A stretch of DNA of 64,000 nucleotides from Candidatus Entotheonellaceae bacterium (GCA_965238075.1 OZ250173.1:480001-544000), one strand, 5' to 3'; positions 1 through 9,430 are shown, counted from the first letter of the stretch. Numbers and translations: made by a program. Notes: generated from the letters alone by a model not told the origin.

Positions 1-1036
1 AGTCCACGTCCTGGGGCTCCCCCATAGCAAAGACACACGTGTCACCGAAAGCCATGCGCAGAAGCTCCGGGCGAATGTCCGCCTCTTCGTGACACTTGCC
101 GATAGCCATCGCCAGGCGTCCCCAGTTCGGATCGGCGCCGTGCACCGCGGTCTTGACCAACGGGGAGTTGACAATCGCCTTGGCGATACGCTTGCCCTGG
201 GCGTCGTCGCGCGCTGAGGTCACGGCGACTTCGATCAGCTTCGTGGCGCCCTCGCCGTCCCGCGCTACTTCCTTGGCCAAGTGGACGCACACCTCGTCAA
301 GCGCGGCCTGAAAGGCGTCGAGGTCCACCTCGCCAGCCAAGCCATTGGCCATGGCGATCACCGTGTCGCTGGTACTGGTGTCGGTGTCCACGCTGATCAT
401 GTTGAAGGACTTGTGCACGGACTGTTGCAGCATCGGACGCAGCACCGCCGGCAGCAGGGCCGCGTCGGTGAACACAAAGGCCAGCATGGTCGCCATGTCC
501 GGCTCGATCATCCCCGCGCCCTTGGCAATACCGGCGAGCACGGCGCCGCCCACCCGCTTGGCGATGCGCTTGGGCCGGGTGTCCGTGGTCATGATGGCTT
601 CGGCCGCCAGGTCCAAGCCGTCCGCGCACATTTCGTTGCGCAACTTCCCCACAATGGCTTGCTGGAACCGGTCCATCGGCAGGTGATGGCCGATGACGCC
701 CGTCGAGCTCGGAATGACGTCCTCGGGGCCAATGCCCAATTCCTCGGCCACCCAGCGGCAGGTTGCCCGGGCATCGTCCACGCCGCGCTGACCGGTGGCG
801 ACGTTGGCGTTCTTGCTGTTGATGACCAACGTGCGCGCGTGGTCGTCCGCCAGATGCTCACGGCCGACAATGATCGGCGCGCCGCAGAACAGGCTCTGGG
901 TGAACATGCCCACCGCCGCAGCCCGCGCCGTAGAGTGGATCACCGTAAAGTCGAGGGTTTCATCCTTGATGCCGATGTTCTTGGCAACGCTCAGGTAGCC
1001 TTGAGGATGGAATGGCAACGATGGTGCGCGCGTCAT
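1..1036 (-). CDS. argJ: Ornithine acetyltransferase (ArgJ family, OAT2-like), 3' end outside window
   Basis: Manual translation from ATG at 1036 (absent from the ORF track): NSKNANVATG, SSTGVIG, IMTTDT, AKGAGMIEPDMATML (autocleavage site), DTDTSTSDT, ARDGEGATKL, NSPLVKTAVHGADPNWGR. Confidence 0.9.
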   Translation of the reverse strand, partial: MTRAPSLPFHPQGYLSVAKNIGIKDETLDFTVIHSTARAAAVGMFTQSLFCGAPIIVGREHLADDHARTLVINSKNANVATGQRGVDDARATCRWVAEELGIGPEDVIPSSTGVIGHHLPMDRFQQAIVGKLRNEMCADGLDLAAEAIMTTDTRPKRIAKRVGGAVLAGIAKGAGMIEPDMATMLAFVFTDAALLPAVLRPMLQQSVHKSFNMISVDTDTSTSDTVIAMANGLAGEVDLDAFQAALDEVCVHLAKEVARDGEGATKLIEVAVTSARDDAQGKRIAKAIVNSPLVKTAVHGADPNWGRLAMAIGKCHEEADIRPELLRMAFGDTCVFAMGEPQDVD

Positions 1037-1066
1037 AAACGTTCTCTCCTGGCGCTTACCGTGGGA

Positions 1067-2470
1067 TCAGCAATAACTGAACTGCTTCTCGAAGGCCGTC
1101 AACGTGTCGTCGATAATTCCCACCATGCGGTCAACCTCGGCCCGCGTAATGCACAGCGGCGGCGACAGCATGATCATGTGGGTGGCGCGGGTCAGCAGAC
1201 CCTTTTCGATCAGAAGCGAATTCAGGGCGTTGACTTCCTCGCCGTCGGCGGCAAACTTTTCCTTGGTCTCACGATTCTGCACCAGCTCCACCGCCGCGAG
1301 GAGGCCGATGCCCCGCACGTCGCCGATTGTCGGGTGGTGCGCCTGCAACCCTTGCAGTTGTTCCAGCAGGTACGCACCCTGGCTGGCAGCGTTCTCCACC
1401 AGACCCTCGCGCTGGATGATGGCAATGTTCTCCAAAGCCGCCGCGCACGCCACCGCCTGGCCGCCGAACGTCAGCAGGTGCGACAGCTTCTTGCCCTCCT
1501 CGGTGGTGAAGACTTCGGCCACCTTCGGCCGACAAATGGTCGCGGCGATCGGCGCGTAGCCGCTGCTGAGCCCCTTCGCCATAGTCATGATGTCGCCCAC
1601 CAGGTCCCAGTGCTCGGAGGCGAACATCTTGCCGGTGCGCCCGAAGCCGTTAATCACTTCGTCGACGATCAGCAAGACGCCGTGCCGGTCGCAGATTTCG
1701 CGCAGCCGCGGCAGGTATTCCGGCGGTGGCACCACGATACCGCAGGACGCCGACACCGGCTCGGCAATGACCGCGGCGACCGTTTGCGCGCCCTCGTAGT
1801 TGATCAACTGTTCGATCGCGTCCACGCAATACACGTCGCACGACGGATAGGTGTGGCGGTAGTCGCAACGGTAACAATACGGCGGCGCCACGTGCAGCGT
1901 GCCGTTCATGAACGGGCTGAAATACGGCTCCGACATCTGCCGCGTGCCGCTGACGCTCATGGCGCCGTAGGTCGCGCCGTGGTACGAGCCGCGCCGCCCG
2001 ATGATCTTGAGCCGCTTCGGGTGTCCGGCAAGATATTGATACTGCTTGGCGATTTTCACCGCCGACTCGACCGCCTCGGAACCGCCGCTGCAGAAGAACA
2101 CCGTCGACAAGTCGCCCGGCGTGATGTCGGCCAGCAACGTGGCCAGTCGAATGGCGGGAATGGTGGTCGTCTGCATCGAGCTACCATAAGCCAGGGTGCC
2201 CGCTTGCGCCGCCATTGCCGCGGCGATTTCTTTGCGGCCATGCCCGACGTTCACCAGCCACAGGCCCGCCAGCGCGTCGATGTATTCCTTGCCGTCGACG
2301 TCTTTGACCATACACCCCTGCCCTTCGACAAGAATGCGCTTGTCCGCCTCCCGGGCCAAGGCGCGCCACGACGAGCCGTGCATCCACACGTGCGCTTCCC
2401 CAGCCTCGCGCAGCACATCCGTGTCCGCCCCGTCCGGCAGACTGGCAAAGGAGATGGGAACCGTGGCCAT
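1067..2470 (-). CDS. Class III PLP-dependent aminotransferase (omega-amino acid/BioA-like)
   Basis: GLWLVNVGHG, SGGSEAVE, SYHGAT, DEVINGFGRTG, DIMTMAKGLSSG (PLP Lys); likely start ATG 2470. Confidence 0.9.
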   Translation of the reverse strand: MATVPISFASLPDGADTDVLREAGEAHVWMHGSSWRALAREADKRILVEGQGCMVKDVDGKEYIDALAGLWLVNVGHGRKEIAAAMAAQAGTLAYGSSMQTTTIPAIRLATLLADITPGDLSTVFFCSGGSEAVESAVKIAKQYQYLAGHPKRLKIIGRRGSYHGATYGAMSVSGTRQMSEPYFSPFMNGTLHVAPPYCYRCDYRHTYPSCDVYCVDAIEQLINYEGAQTVAAVIAEPVSASCGIVVPPPEYLPRLREICDRHGVLLIVDEVINGFGRTGKMFASEHWDLVGDIMTMAKGLSSGYAPIAATICRPKVAEVFTTEEGKKLSHLLTFGGQAVACAAALENIAIIQREGLVENAASQGAYLLEQLQGLQAHHPTIGDVRGIGLLAAVELVQNRETKEKFAADGEEVNALNSLLIEKGLLTRATHMIMLSPPLCITRAEVDRMVGIIDDTLTAFEKQFSYC

Positions 2471-2606
2471 GTCTTCGACTCCTCTATAGCGTTTGAGCAA
2501 GATGGAATGGTTTCACCACGCAGCAGGCGCATGACAATAACAAAGTTCCCGCTGAAAATACACTTGGCCCCGTGGACGGACGGCGCAACAGCGGAAATTT
2601 GCAGTT

Positions 2607-2644
2607 CCCTCTCCCCAGCGAGGGAGAGGGTTGGGGTGAGGGGG
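2607..2644. repeat. REP-like palindromic element (CCCTCTCCC-N-GGGAGAGGGTTGGGGTGAGGGG type)
   Basis: ccctctccccagcgagggagagggttggggtgagggg; hairpin arms CCCTCTCCC/GGGAGAGGG; resembles a widespread intergenic repeat. Confidence 0.65.
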
Positions 2645-2703
2645 AATTCCTGTTGCGATGAAACCTGCAAGCCGTTCAGCCTTCACCGGTGCAGGCAGCA
2701 CGC

Positions 2704-2748
2704 TTGACGAACACGTGTCTGACCAATATATTCACCTGAAGGGTGAAT
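2704..2748 (+). promoter_or_regulatory. sigma70-like promoter with inverted-repeat operator for the higBA operon
   Basis: TTGACG (2704-2709), 17 bp, TATATT (2727-2732); ATTCACC-N5-GGTGAAT (2730-2748) overlaps the -10 and start region, typical of TA autorepression. Confidence 0.65.
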
Positions 2749-2749
2749 C

Positions 2750-3049
2750 ATGGAAGTCACATTCAGGACACGCCAGCTTCGGCAGTGTTATGAAGAATCG
2801 ACCAGAGCCATCCGCCGATGGGGGCCGGAGGTGGGGAGGAAGTTCATCACCCGCATCAAACAACTCCATGCCATAGCCGACTTCCAGCAAGCCTACAATA
2901 TCAGGGCCATGCGGCTCCATCCGTTGAAAGGGTCCAGGAAAGGCGAGCTGTCCATCACCTTGACGGGTAGATGGCGCCTCATCGTGACGAAAGGGGAAAG
3001 CGAGGATCGCGTAATCATTGAGGAAGTGAGCAACCATGATGAGAACTGA
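2750..3049 (+). CDS. higB: HigB-like (RelE/ParE superfamily) toxin
   Basis: 99 aa, RLHPLKGSRKGELSITLTGRWRLI; toxin-first order, overlaps the antitoxin start. Confidence 0.85.
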   Translation: MEVTFRTRQLRQCYEESTRAIRRWGPEVGRKFITRIKQLHAIADFQQAYNIRAMRLHPLKGSRKGELSITLTGRWRLIVTKGESEDRVIIEEVSNHDEN

Positions 3050-4127
3050 GATCTCCCGTGTGGTGTCGGATATGGCGATTTCGCCGGGCGAGGTCTTGCA
3101 GGAGGAAATCGAGGCCCGCGGCATGACCCAGAAGGAACTCGCCGCGCGGCTTGGCAGGCCGCCGCAGGTGATCAACGAGATCATCCGAGCGAAAAAGGCC
3201 ATCACGCCGGACACGGCAATCGGGCTGGGAATGGTCCTCGGAATTGACCCCCAATACTGGATCAATCTGGAGACCGACTATCGCATGACCCTCGCCCGCA
3301 ATCGGGAAAAGGCGGCGCTCGCCGACAACGTGGGGTGGCTGGACGCCTACCCGATCCGGGAAATGATCAAGCGCCGATGGATCGAGGCGGGCCGCGACAA
3401 AATCAGCAGGTTGAAAGCCCTCTTGACCTTTCTGGAGGTAGCCGTTCCTGAGCCACTCGCGTACCAGGAAGCCATAGGGTTCCGAATTACGGACGCCGCG
3501 CAGCGCAAGGTCTCTCCCGGCGCCCTTGCCGTTTGGCTTCGCAAGGGAGAGCTTGAGGCGCGCGAACGCTCCACCGTCGACTACGACGCAGATGTGTTTA
3601 GAGCAGCGCTTGGCGACATCCGGCAAATGACCGAAGACCCGCCCGTCAAGTTCGTGCCCGCCATGACGGATCTGTGCGCGCAAGCCGGCGTGGCACTGTG
3701 CCTGGTGCAAGAGTTTCCCAAAAGCGGGGCGAACGGCGCCGCGCGGTGGCTCAGCGGCAGCAAAGCCCTGATCCAGCTGAGCATCCGGGGCAAATGGGCC
3801 GATATTTTCTGGTTCACCTTCTTCCACGAGGCGTGCCACCTGCTCCATCATAGAACCCGCCGACGCATCGTAATCGACGGCATCGCGGACCCCAACACCG
3901 CGGAACTCGAAGACGAGGCCAATGGATTCGCCAGGGACTTGCTCATCCCGCCAGATGCTTGGGAAACCTGCTGCGAGAGCGGTTCCTTCACCCCGCAGTC
4001 CGTCAGGAGGTTCGCCCGGTCCGTCCAAATCGCCCCGTTCATTGTCGTGGGGCGGCTCCAGAGAGAAAAAAGGCTTCCTTACAACCAGCTTACATCCTTG
4101 AAATGGCGCTACGAGTGGCGTCAGTAG
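3036..4127 (+). CDS. higA: HigA-family XRE HTH antitoxin fused to ImmA/IrrE Zn-metallopeptidase domain
   Basis: N-term SPGEVLQEEIEARGMTQKELAARLG...YWINLE (HigA); C-term FWFTFFHEACH (HExxH) and EDEANGFA. Confidence 0.85.
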   Translation: MMRTEISRVVSDMAISPGEVLQEEIEARGMTQKELAARLGRPPQVINEIIRAKKAITPDTAIGLGMVLGIDPQYWINLETDYRMTLARNREKAALADNVGWLDAYPIREMIKRRWIEAGRDKISRLKALLTFLEVAVPEPLAYQEAIGFRITDAAQRKVSPGALAVWLRKGELEARERSTVDYDADVFRAALGDIRQMTEDPPVKFVPAMTDLCAQAGVALCLVQEFPKSGANGAARWLSGSKALIQLSIRGKWADIFWFTFFHEACHLLHHRTRRRIVIDGIADPNTAELEDEANGFARDLLIPPDAWETCCESGSFTPQSVRRFARSVQIAPFIVVGRLQREKRLPYNQLTSLKWRYEWRQ

Positions 4128-4146
4128 TCGAGTAAAGGAAGACACC

Positions 4147-4347
4147 ATGCCTGATCGCATCACACCGACCCAGGCGAACCAGACGGCGTGGGCCGCCTGC
4201 GCCACCTTCCGCGGCGTCGTGGATGCCGGCCAGTAAAAGGATTACCACTTGGTAATGCTGTCCCTGAAGTACATCTCGGACCTGTGGATGGATCAGCTCG
4301 CCGCGTACCGGCAGCGATTCGGAGACGACGAGGCCCGCTTCCGCCGG
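4147..4347 (+). pseudogene. hsdM: Type I R-M methyltransferase HsdM N-terminal remnant
   Basis: MPDRITPTQANQTAWAACATFRGVVDAGQ*KDYHLVMLSLKYISDLW...; in-frame TAA at 4234-4236 where Tyr is expected; similarity ends after ~65 codons. Confidence 0.75.
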
Positions 4348-4381
4348 GGGGATGGCGGGCTGCGACCTGAGAAAGGAGTCC

Positions 4382-5224
4382 ATGAACAGAAGATACATTC
4401 CCATGGCGATTGCCTACGATTTCGACGGAACGCTGGCTCCCGGCAGCATGCAGGAACGCCAGTTCCTACCGGAAATCGGGATAATGCCGAAGAAATTCTG
4501 GGCAGAAGTCAGGAACTTAACGAAGAAGCATCAGGCCGACGATGTCCTGGTCTATATGGGCCTGATGCTGCGGAAGGCTGCCGCCGCCGGCGTGCCCGTA
4601 AGGAAGGAAGACTTTGAGAAACGGGGTGAGGCCATCAAGCTATTCGAAGGCGTTGAGAAATGGTTCGATAGAATCACCGAATACGGGCGTAATAACGGCG
4701 TTCGCATTGAGCACTATCTTGTGTCCTCTGGAAATGCGGAGATCGTAGCGGGTACGCCAATTGCGTCCAAGTTCGCTCAAGTTTATGCTTCAAAGTTTAT
4801 GTTTGACGAGAATGGCGTCGCTACCTGGCCTGCTTTAGCGGTCAACTACACGACGAAGACCCAGTATCTGTTTCGTATCAATAAAGGTGCTCACGACCTG
4901 AGCGATAACAGCAAAATTAACGAGTTTCGCGAAAAACGAGATCGGCCGGTGCCCTTTGAAAATATGGTCTTCATCGGCGATGGACCAACCGACGTGCCAT
5001 GTTTCCGTCTGGTTAAGGATCAGGGCGGGTTATCAATTGCCGTCTTCAAGCCGAAAACCCCAAACGCGAAGGGAAAAGCTGACAAATTCAAAACAGAGGG
5101 CCGCGTTCACTACGTCGTTCCTGCAATATATACAGAAGACAGCAAGTTAGACCGGGTAATAAAAGCGAGCATTGATTCTATTGCATCGCGAGGCACGCTT
5201 CACGGTTTACTTGAAAAGGAGTGA
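4382..5224 (+). CDS. HAD-superfamily hydrolase (phosphatase-like)
   Basis: Motif I YDFDGTL, motif II VSSG, motif IV IGDGPTD; visibly more AT-rich than the flanking core genes. Confidence 0.8.
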   Translation: MNRRYIPMAIAYDFDGTLAPGSMQERQFLPEIGIMPKKFWAEVRNLTKKHQADDVLVYMGLMLRKAAAAGVPVRKEDFEKRGEAIKLFEGVEKWFDRITEYGRNNGVRIEHYLVSSGNAEIVAGTPIASKFAQVYASKFMFDENGVATWPALAVNYTTKTQYLFRINKGAHDLSDNSKINEFREKRDRPVPFENMVFIGDGPTDVPCFRLVKDQGGLSIAVFKPKTPNAKGKADKFKTEGRVHYVVPAIYTEDSKLDRVIKASIDSIASRGTLHGLLEKE

Positions 5225-5524
5225 TGAATACTCGACGCTATCGTTATAGCGGTTCGCGTTCGTGTGTCTGGCTTATTGCGGAATCGGATACAGGGAATCG
5301 TAACCCGATTCTGCTGTACCGGTTATCGGCCGAAGAATCGTCGAAATGCAGAAGGCGCTGCGCTCAGGTCAGGCGATTATTGATGGCCTGTCAGCGACCC
5401 GTCCACTGCCTTTCCCGCAGTGACCAGCTTTTCGCCGAGCAATCTGCAAAACATGGGATGATTTGCACCGCCTATTCTCAGCCTGAGTTTTGGGCTCAAG
5501 CTGTTGCCGAATTGAACCCCTCGG

Positions 5525-5699
5525 GATTTGTTGAACAGAGCGTTTGGAAGTCGGCGGCGAGAAAACGAAGAAGGCGGCCGTCAACAGGGCCTTGCGGGAA
5601 TTCATTGCACGGCGAGAGCAGGAACGGCTGCTTGAGTTGTTCGGCAAGCTCGACTGGGACGACGAGTACGACTACAGGCGGGAACAGTCGCGCCGGTGA
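5525..5699 (+). pseudogene. vapB: VapB-like antitoxin remnant
   Basis: ...LLNRA/[frameshift ~5543]/EVGGEKTKKAAVNRALREFIARREQERLLELFGKLDWDDEYDYRREQSRR*; no clean start; GTGA overlap with vapC. Confidence 0.65.
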
Positions 5700-5845
5700 G
5701 GTTGTTCGTGGACACCAGCGTGTCGTCGGCACCATTGACGCGCTGCTCGCCCGGCTTTGCATCCGCCATGATCTGGTCATGCTATCAACCGACCGCGATT
5801 TCAGCCGCATCGCAGATTGGATGCCGCTTCAACTCTGGCGCGCCT
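5696..5845 (+). pseudogene. vapC: VapC PIN-domain toxin remnant with internal deletion
   Basis: N-term VRLFVDTSV joined out of frame to C-term GTIDALLARLCIRHDLVMLSTDRDFSRIA; the middle of the PIN domain is missing. Confidence 0.7.
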
Positions 5846-5919
5846 CAGGACCTTCAACACCCCCGAAAAATACCGACCCCAGACAAGCACCTTTGCGGGC
5901 TCGTGTGACAGGACTCAAC

Positions 5920-6702
5920 TCAATACACATAACCCAACACCAAATAGCCTTGGCTGTCTCTGATAAAGACCGTATCGCCTTTGTTGTTCCAAATCGGCCT
6001 TCGACTTCCCCAGAACAGTTCGCGCTCGGTGGGCACGCCCAAGCCTGTCCGCAGCGTCACCTTCGCCTGGGGCGCCAGTGTGAAGTTTGAAAATAGATAC
6101 CGGTGGTTGGCGGCGTCTGAGACCGTCCACCCGTTGAGATCTATGGAGTGTTGGCTCTGATTTTCGACGACAATGAATTCATCATTCAGGTTCCGTCTGT
6201 CATCTCCCTTAGCATCCGCATGGACGAATGCAAGGGCGATGGAATGCCCGGTCGCAGCAGGTGCCCAAATTCCCACCCCTGCTGCTCGAGTTTCGTCCTG
6301 AGCCCGTTGTAAGCGGGCTCGATATCTCTCTGCCACAGGATGCCTGAGATGGACGAGACCCTGGCGGAGCAGGGTTTCGTTCACAAAGGTATCGTCTACG
6401 AAAACATAAGCCAGCAGCCGACCATATTTGTCCTGGCGAGAACGGCCGAATTCAAGGCGGACGGTTTTACCTCCGACCAGACGGCGGTTGGCAAGCGTCG
6501 CTTCTTTGGCGTGAGGGTCCCCTTCCTCCGGCGCATTGATGCCGAGATAGCGGACGCGACGGCCGTCTTCCAAACGGCAGGTATCCCCATCAATAACTCG
6601 GAATATGGTGACGGTCTCGGTGTCGATGGCTCCCTGGAATGAGCAACCCCCCAGCACTATGATCAGGATGGTCGCAAACCGGGCCATCCCCGTTTTGCCC
6701 AT
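5920..6702 (-). CDS. Thermonuclease (SNase) lipoprotein with C-terminal lamin-tail domain
   Basis: Lipobox LGGC; VIDGDT, RYLGINAPE, DKYGRLLAYV; LTD motifs NDEFIVVEN, DLNGWTVSD, IWNNKGD. Confidence 0.85.
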   Translation of the reverse strand: MGKTGMARFATILIIVLGGCSFQGAIDTETVTIFRVIDGDTCRLEDGRRVRYLGINAPEEGDPHAKEATLANRRLVGGKTVRLEFGRSRQDKYGRLLAYVFVDDTFVNETLLRQGLVHLRHPVAERYRARLQRAQDETRAAGVGIWAPAATGHSIALAFVHADAKGDDRRNLNDEFIVVENQSQHSIDLNGWTVSDAANHRYLFSNFTLAPQAKVTLRTGLGVPTERELFWGSRRPIWNNKGDTVFIRDSQGYLVLGYVY

Positions 6703-6821
6703 GCCATATTCCTCTTCACATCGTTTTCTACAATTCAGCGGGATCAAACGAGAATACCGGCTTCCCCCGCGGCCGAGCCGAGCGGTATCTCACGACGCCA
6801 ATAGGCTGTGCTTGGGTGGAT

Positions 6822-7085
6822 TTACGCCCCGCCGCTGATGGGCGGGACGAAGTGGACTTCGCTGTCGGGGTGAACGCGCTCGATCAGATCGACGGCAAAC
6901 TCTCCGTCCACGGCGACGGCGATGTCGGGGCGCAGGTCGCCATCCTGGAGGAGGCGGTCCTTGAAGCCGGGAAACCGCTCCTCCAGGGCGTTGATAAGGG
7001 CGCGCACCGTATTCCCGTCGATTTGCATCTGGGTCGCCCCACCGGTGAGGCTTTGCAGCATTGCCGGGATGAATACGGTGGCCAT
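6822..7085 (-). CDS. MoaD/ThiS-family sulfur carrier
   Basis: 87 aa ubiquitin-like fold, ends VPPISGGA. Confidence 0.85.
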   Translation of the reverse strand: MATVFIPAMLQSLTGGATQMQIDGNTVRALINALEERFPGFKDRLLQDGDLRPDIAVAVDGEFAVDLIERVHPDSEVHFVPPISGGA

Positions 7086-7088
7086 GGG

Positions 7089-9380
7089 TTACTCCTGTTC
7101 CAACTGGCTCAGGATGTAGGTGGGGGACATGGGAAGGTCCTTCATACGCTTGCCGGTGGCGCGATAGATGGCGTTGGCAAGCGCCGCTGGCGGCGGCACG
7201 ATGGGTACCTCGCCGACGCCGCGCACGCCGTAGGGGTGGCCGGGATTCGGCACCTCCACGAGCACCGTGTCGATCATCGGCAAGTCCAGCGTGGTCGGCA
7301 TGCGGTAATCCAGGAAGCTGGCGTTCACCATGCTGCCGTCCTTGTTGTACACGAACTCCTCGTTCAGCGCCCAGCCGATGCCCTGCACGGCGCCGCCCTG
7401 GATCTGGCCCTCGACGTAGCTGGGATGGATAGCCGTGCCCACGTCCTGGGTCGCCGTGTAGCGCAGGATGGCCACCTTGCCGGTATCCGGATCTACTTCC
7501 ACGTCGACCACATGCGTCGCAAAAGCGACGCCGACGCCGCGCGGCTGCGAGGTGGCGCGGCCGGTGATCGGCCCGCCGGTGCGCGGCATCATGTCGGCCA
7601 TTTCCTTGAAGGTCATGGTTTTACTGGGGTCCTTGGCGCAGCGGAACACGCCGTCGCTGTATGAAACGTCGTCAGCGGCAAGCTGCGCAGCCGAATCGCC
7701 ATCCTCCGATTCCCGGCTCCAGCGCTCCGCCGCGCGCTCGCGCATCTGGCGGATAACGTCCTGTGAGGCCTCATAGGCGGCGTAACCAGTGGCAAACGTG
7801 GTACGGCTGCCGCCGGTGACGTCCGTGTAGCCCACGCCGTCCGTGCCGGCAACGGTGGGTTTCACGTCTTCGTAAGGAATGCCCAGCGTTTCGGCCGCCT
7901 GCATCGCAATGGAAGCGCGGGTGCCGCCGATGTCGGTGGAACCCTCAACCAACGACACGGTGCCGTCCGAGTTCACGTTGATCACCACGGAGGACTGGAA
8001 ACCGACGTTGAACCAGAAGCCGGACGCCACGCCGCGCCCGCGATTGGGGCCGGTCAGGGGCGATTGGTAATGCTCGTGCTCCAGCGCCGCGTGCACGGTT
8101 TCCAGATAGCCGATGCGCGGGAAGGTTGGCCCGTGCACCTGACGGTCGCCTTCTTTGGCGCCGTTGAGGCGGCGGATTTCCAGCGGGTCCATGCCCAGTT
8201 GCTCGGCGATCTCGTCGATAATCGTTTCCGACGCAAAGGCCGCGTTGGTAGCGCCCGGCGCACGGTACGCCGCGGTCTTGGGCTTGTTCACCACCACGTC
8301 ATAGCCGTCCACCTGCATGTTCGGAATCGCGTACGGGCCGAAGATACACATGGCGCCGGCAGCCACCGGCGAACCCGGAAAGGCGCCCGCCTCGTACATC
8401 AGAGCAGCTTCGGCGGCCACGATGCGCCCGTCTTTGGCGGCGCCCATCTTCACCTTGATATGCGACGCCGGCGTCGGTCCCGTGCCCTCGAATTCCTCGA
8501 TGCGGCTCATGACGATCTTCACTGGCCGGCCTGTTTCGCGGGACAGAATCGCCGCAACCGGCTCGAGGTAGACGGAAATCTTGCCGCCAAAGCCGCCGCC
8601 GATTTCGCACGGCGTCACGGACACCTGCGACACCGAAATGCCCAGTACCTCGGCCACCTGACGCTGCACCACGAAGGCGCCTTGGGTGCTCGTCCAAATG
8701 GACAAGTGCCCCTCTTCGTTCCACATTGCCGTGGCGTTGTGCGGCTCGATGTAGCCCTGGTGCACGGTGGCAGTGTCGAACTCGCGCTCGATCACTATGT
8801 CCGCTTCCTCGAAGCCCGACGCCGGCTCGCCCAGCTTGAACTGAAAATGGTTGACAACGTTGCTGACCTTGTCCGTCTGCTGCCCCAGATCCGTGGACTT
8901 CAGGTCCTCGTGCAGAATCGGCGCCTCGTCCTTCATGGCGTCCAGCACGTCGAGGGCCGCCGGCAGCACCTCATAGTCAACCTCGATCAGCTTCAGGGCT
9001 TCTTCGGCGACGTGGACGTTGGTGGCGGCCACCGCGGCCACGGCATGCCCGCGGTACAGCACCTTGTCGTACGCCAAGGCGTTGTTGCTCAGATGCTTCA
9101 CGTTCACCGACATCTCGCCGAGGTTGGCCATGCGGTCCTCGGCCTTTGGCATGTCGTGCGCCGTTACCACCGCCCGCACGCCAGGCAGGGCTTTCGCCTT
9201 GCTGGTATCGATCGACTTGATGCGGGCGTGCGCGTGTGGGCTGCGCAGCATCTTGCCGTGCAACATGCCGGTCAGCCGCATGTCCGCGCCGTAAATCGCC
9301 CGGCCCGTTACCTTGTCGGCGCCGTCGGGCCGCACCGGACGGGTTCCGATGACCTTATACGCTGCCGTTGCTTCTGCCAT
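7089..9380 (-). CDS. Xanthine dehydrogenase-family molybdopterin-binding subunit
   Basis: KVTGRAIYG, LRSPHAHA, IGGGFGGK, AYRAPGA, EGQIQGG, RGVGEVPIVP. Confidence 0.9.
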   Translation of the reverse strand: MAEATAAYKVIGTRPVRPDGADKVTGRAIYGADMRLTGMLHGKMLRSPHAHARIKSIDTSKAKALPGVRAVVTAHDMPKAEDRMANLGEMSVNVKHLSNNALAYDKVLYRGHAVAAVAATNVHVAEEALKLIEVDYEVLPAALDVLDAMKDEAPILHEDLKSTDLGQQTDKVSNVVNHFQFKLGEPASGFEEADIVIEREFDTATVHQGYIEPHNATAMWNEEGHLSIWTSTQGAFVVQRQVAEVLGISVSQVSVTPCEIGGGFGGKISVYLEPVAAILSRETGRPVKIVMSRIEEFEGTGPTPASHIKVKMGAAKDGRIVAAEAALMYEAGAFPGSPVAAGAMCIFGPYAIPNMQVDGYDVVVNKPKTAAYRAPGATNAAFASETIIDEIAEQLGMDPLEIRRLNGAKEGDRQVHGPTFPRIGYLETVHAALEHEHYQSPLTGPNRGRGVASGFWFNVGFQSSVVINVNSDGTVSLVEGSTDIGGTRASIAMQAAETLGIPYEDVKPTVAGTDGVGYTDVTGGSRTTFATGYAAYEASQDVIRQMRERAAERWSRESEDGDSAAQLAADDVSYSDGVFRCAKDPSKTMTFKEMADMMPRTGGPITGRATSQPRGVGVAFATHVVDVEVDPDTGKVAILRYTATQDVGTAIHPSYVEGQIQGGAVQGIGWALNEEFVYNKDGSMVNASFLDYRMPTTLDLPMIDTVLVEVPNPGHPYGVRGVGEVPIVPPPAALANAIYRATGKRMKDLPMSPTYILSQLEQE

Positions 9381-9430
9381 AGTGGAAACACCTCCATGTG
9401 GTTATGTGACGTGCCAAAACGCCGGGATGA

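Noticed and set aside
281-2707. 808-aa plus-strand ORF (and similar long ORFs at 8064..9482, 36158..37660, 46565..48583, 57360..58850)
   Set aside because: Antisense shadows of well-supported minus-strand genes in GC-rich DNA; no recognisable motifs
5221-6090. 289-aa ORF
   Set aside because: Chimeric read-through across the vapBC remnants and the antisense of the nuclease gene
7089-9380. Aerobic CO dehydrogenase large subunit (coxL)
   Set aside because: Active-site loop is AYRAPGA, not AYxCSFR (form I) or AYxGAGR (form II); no coxS/coxM adjacent
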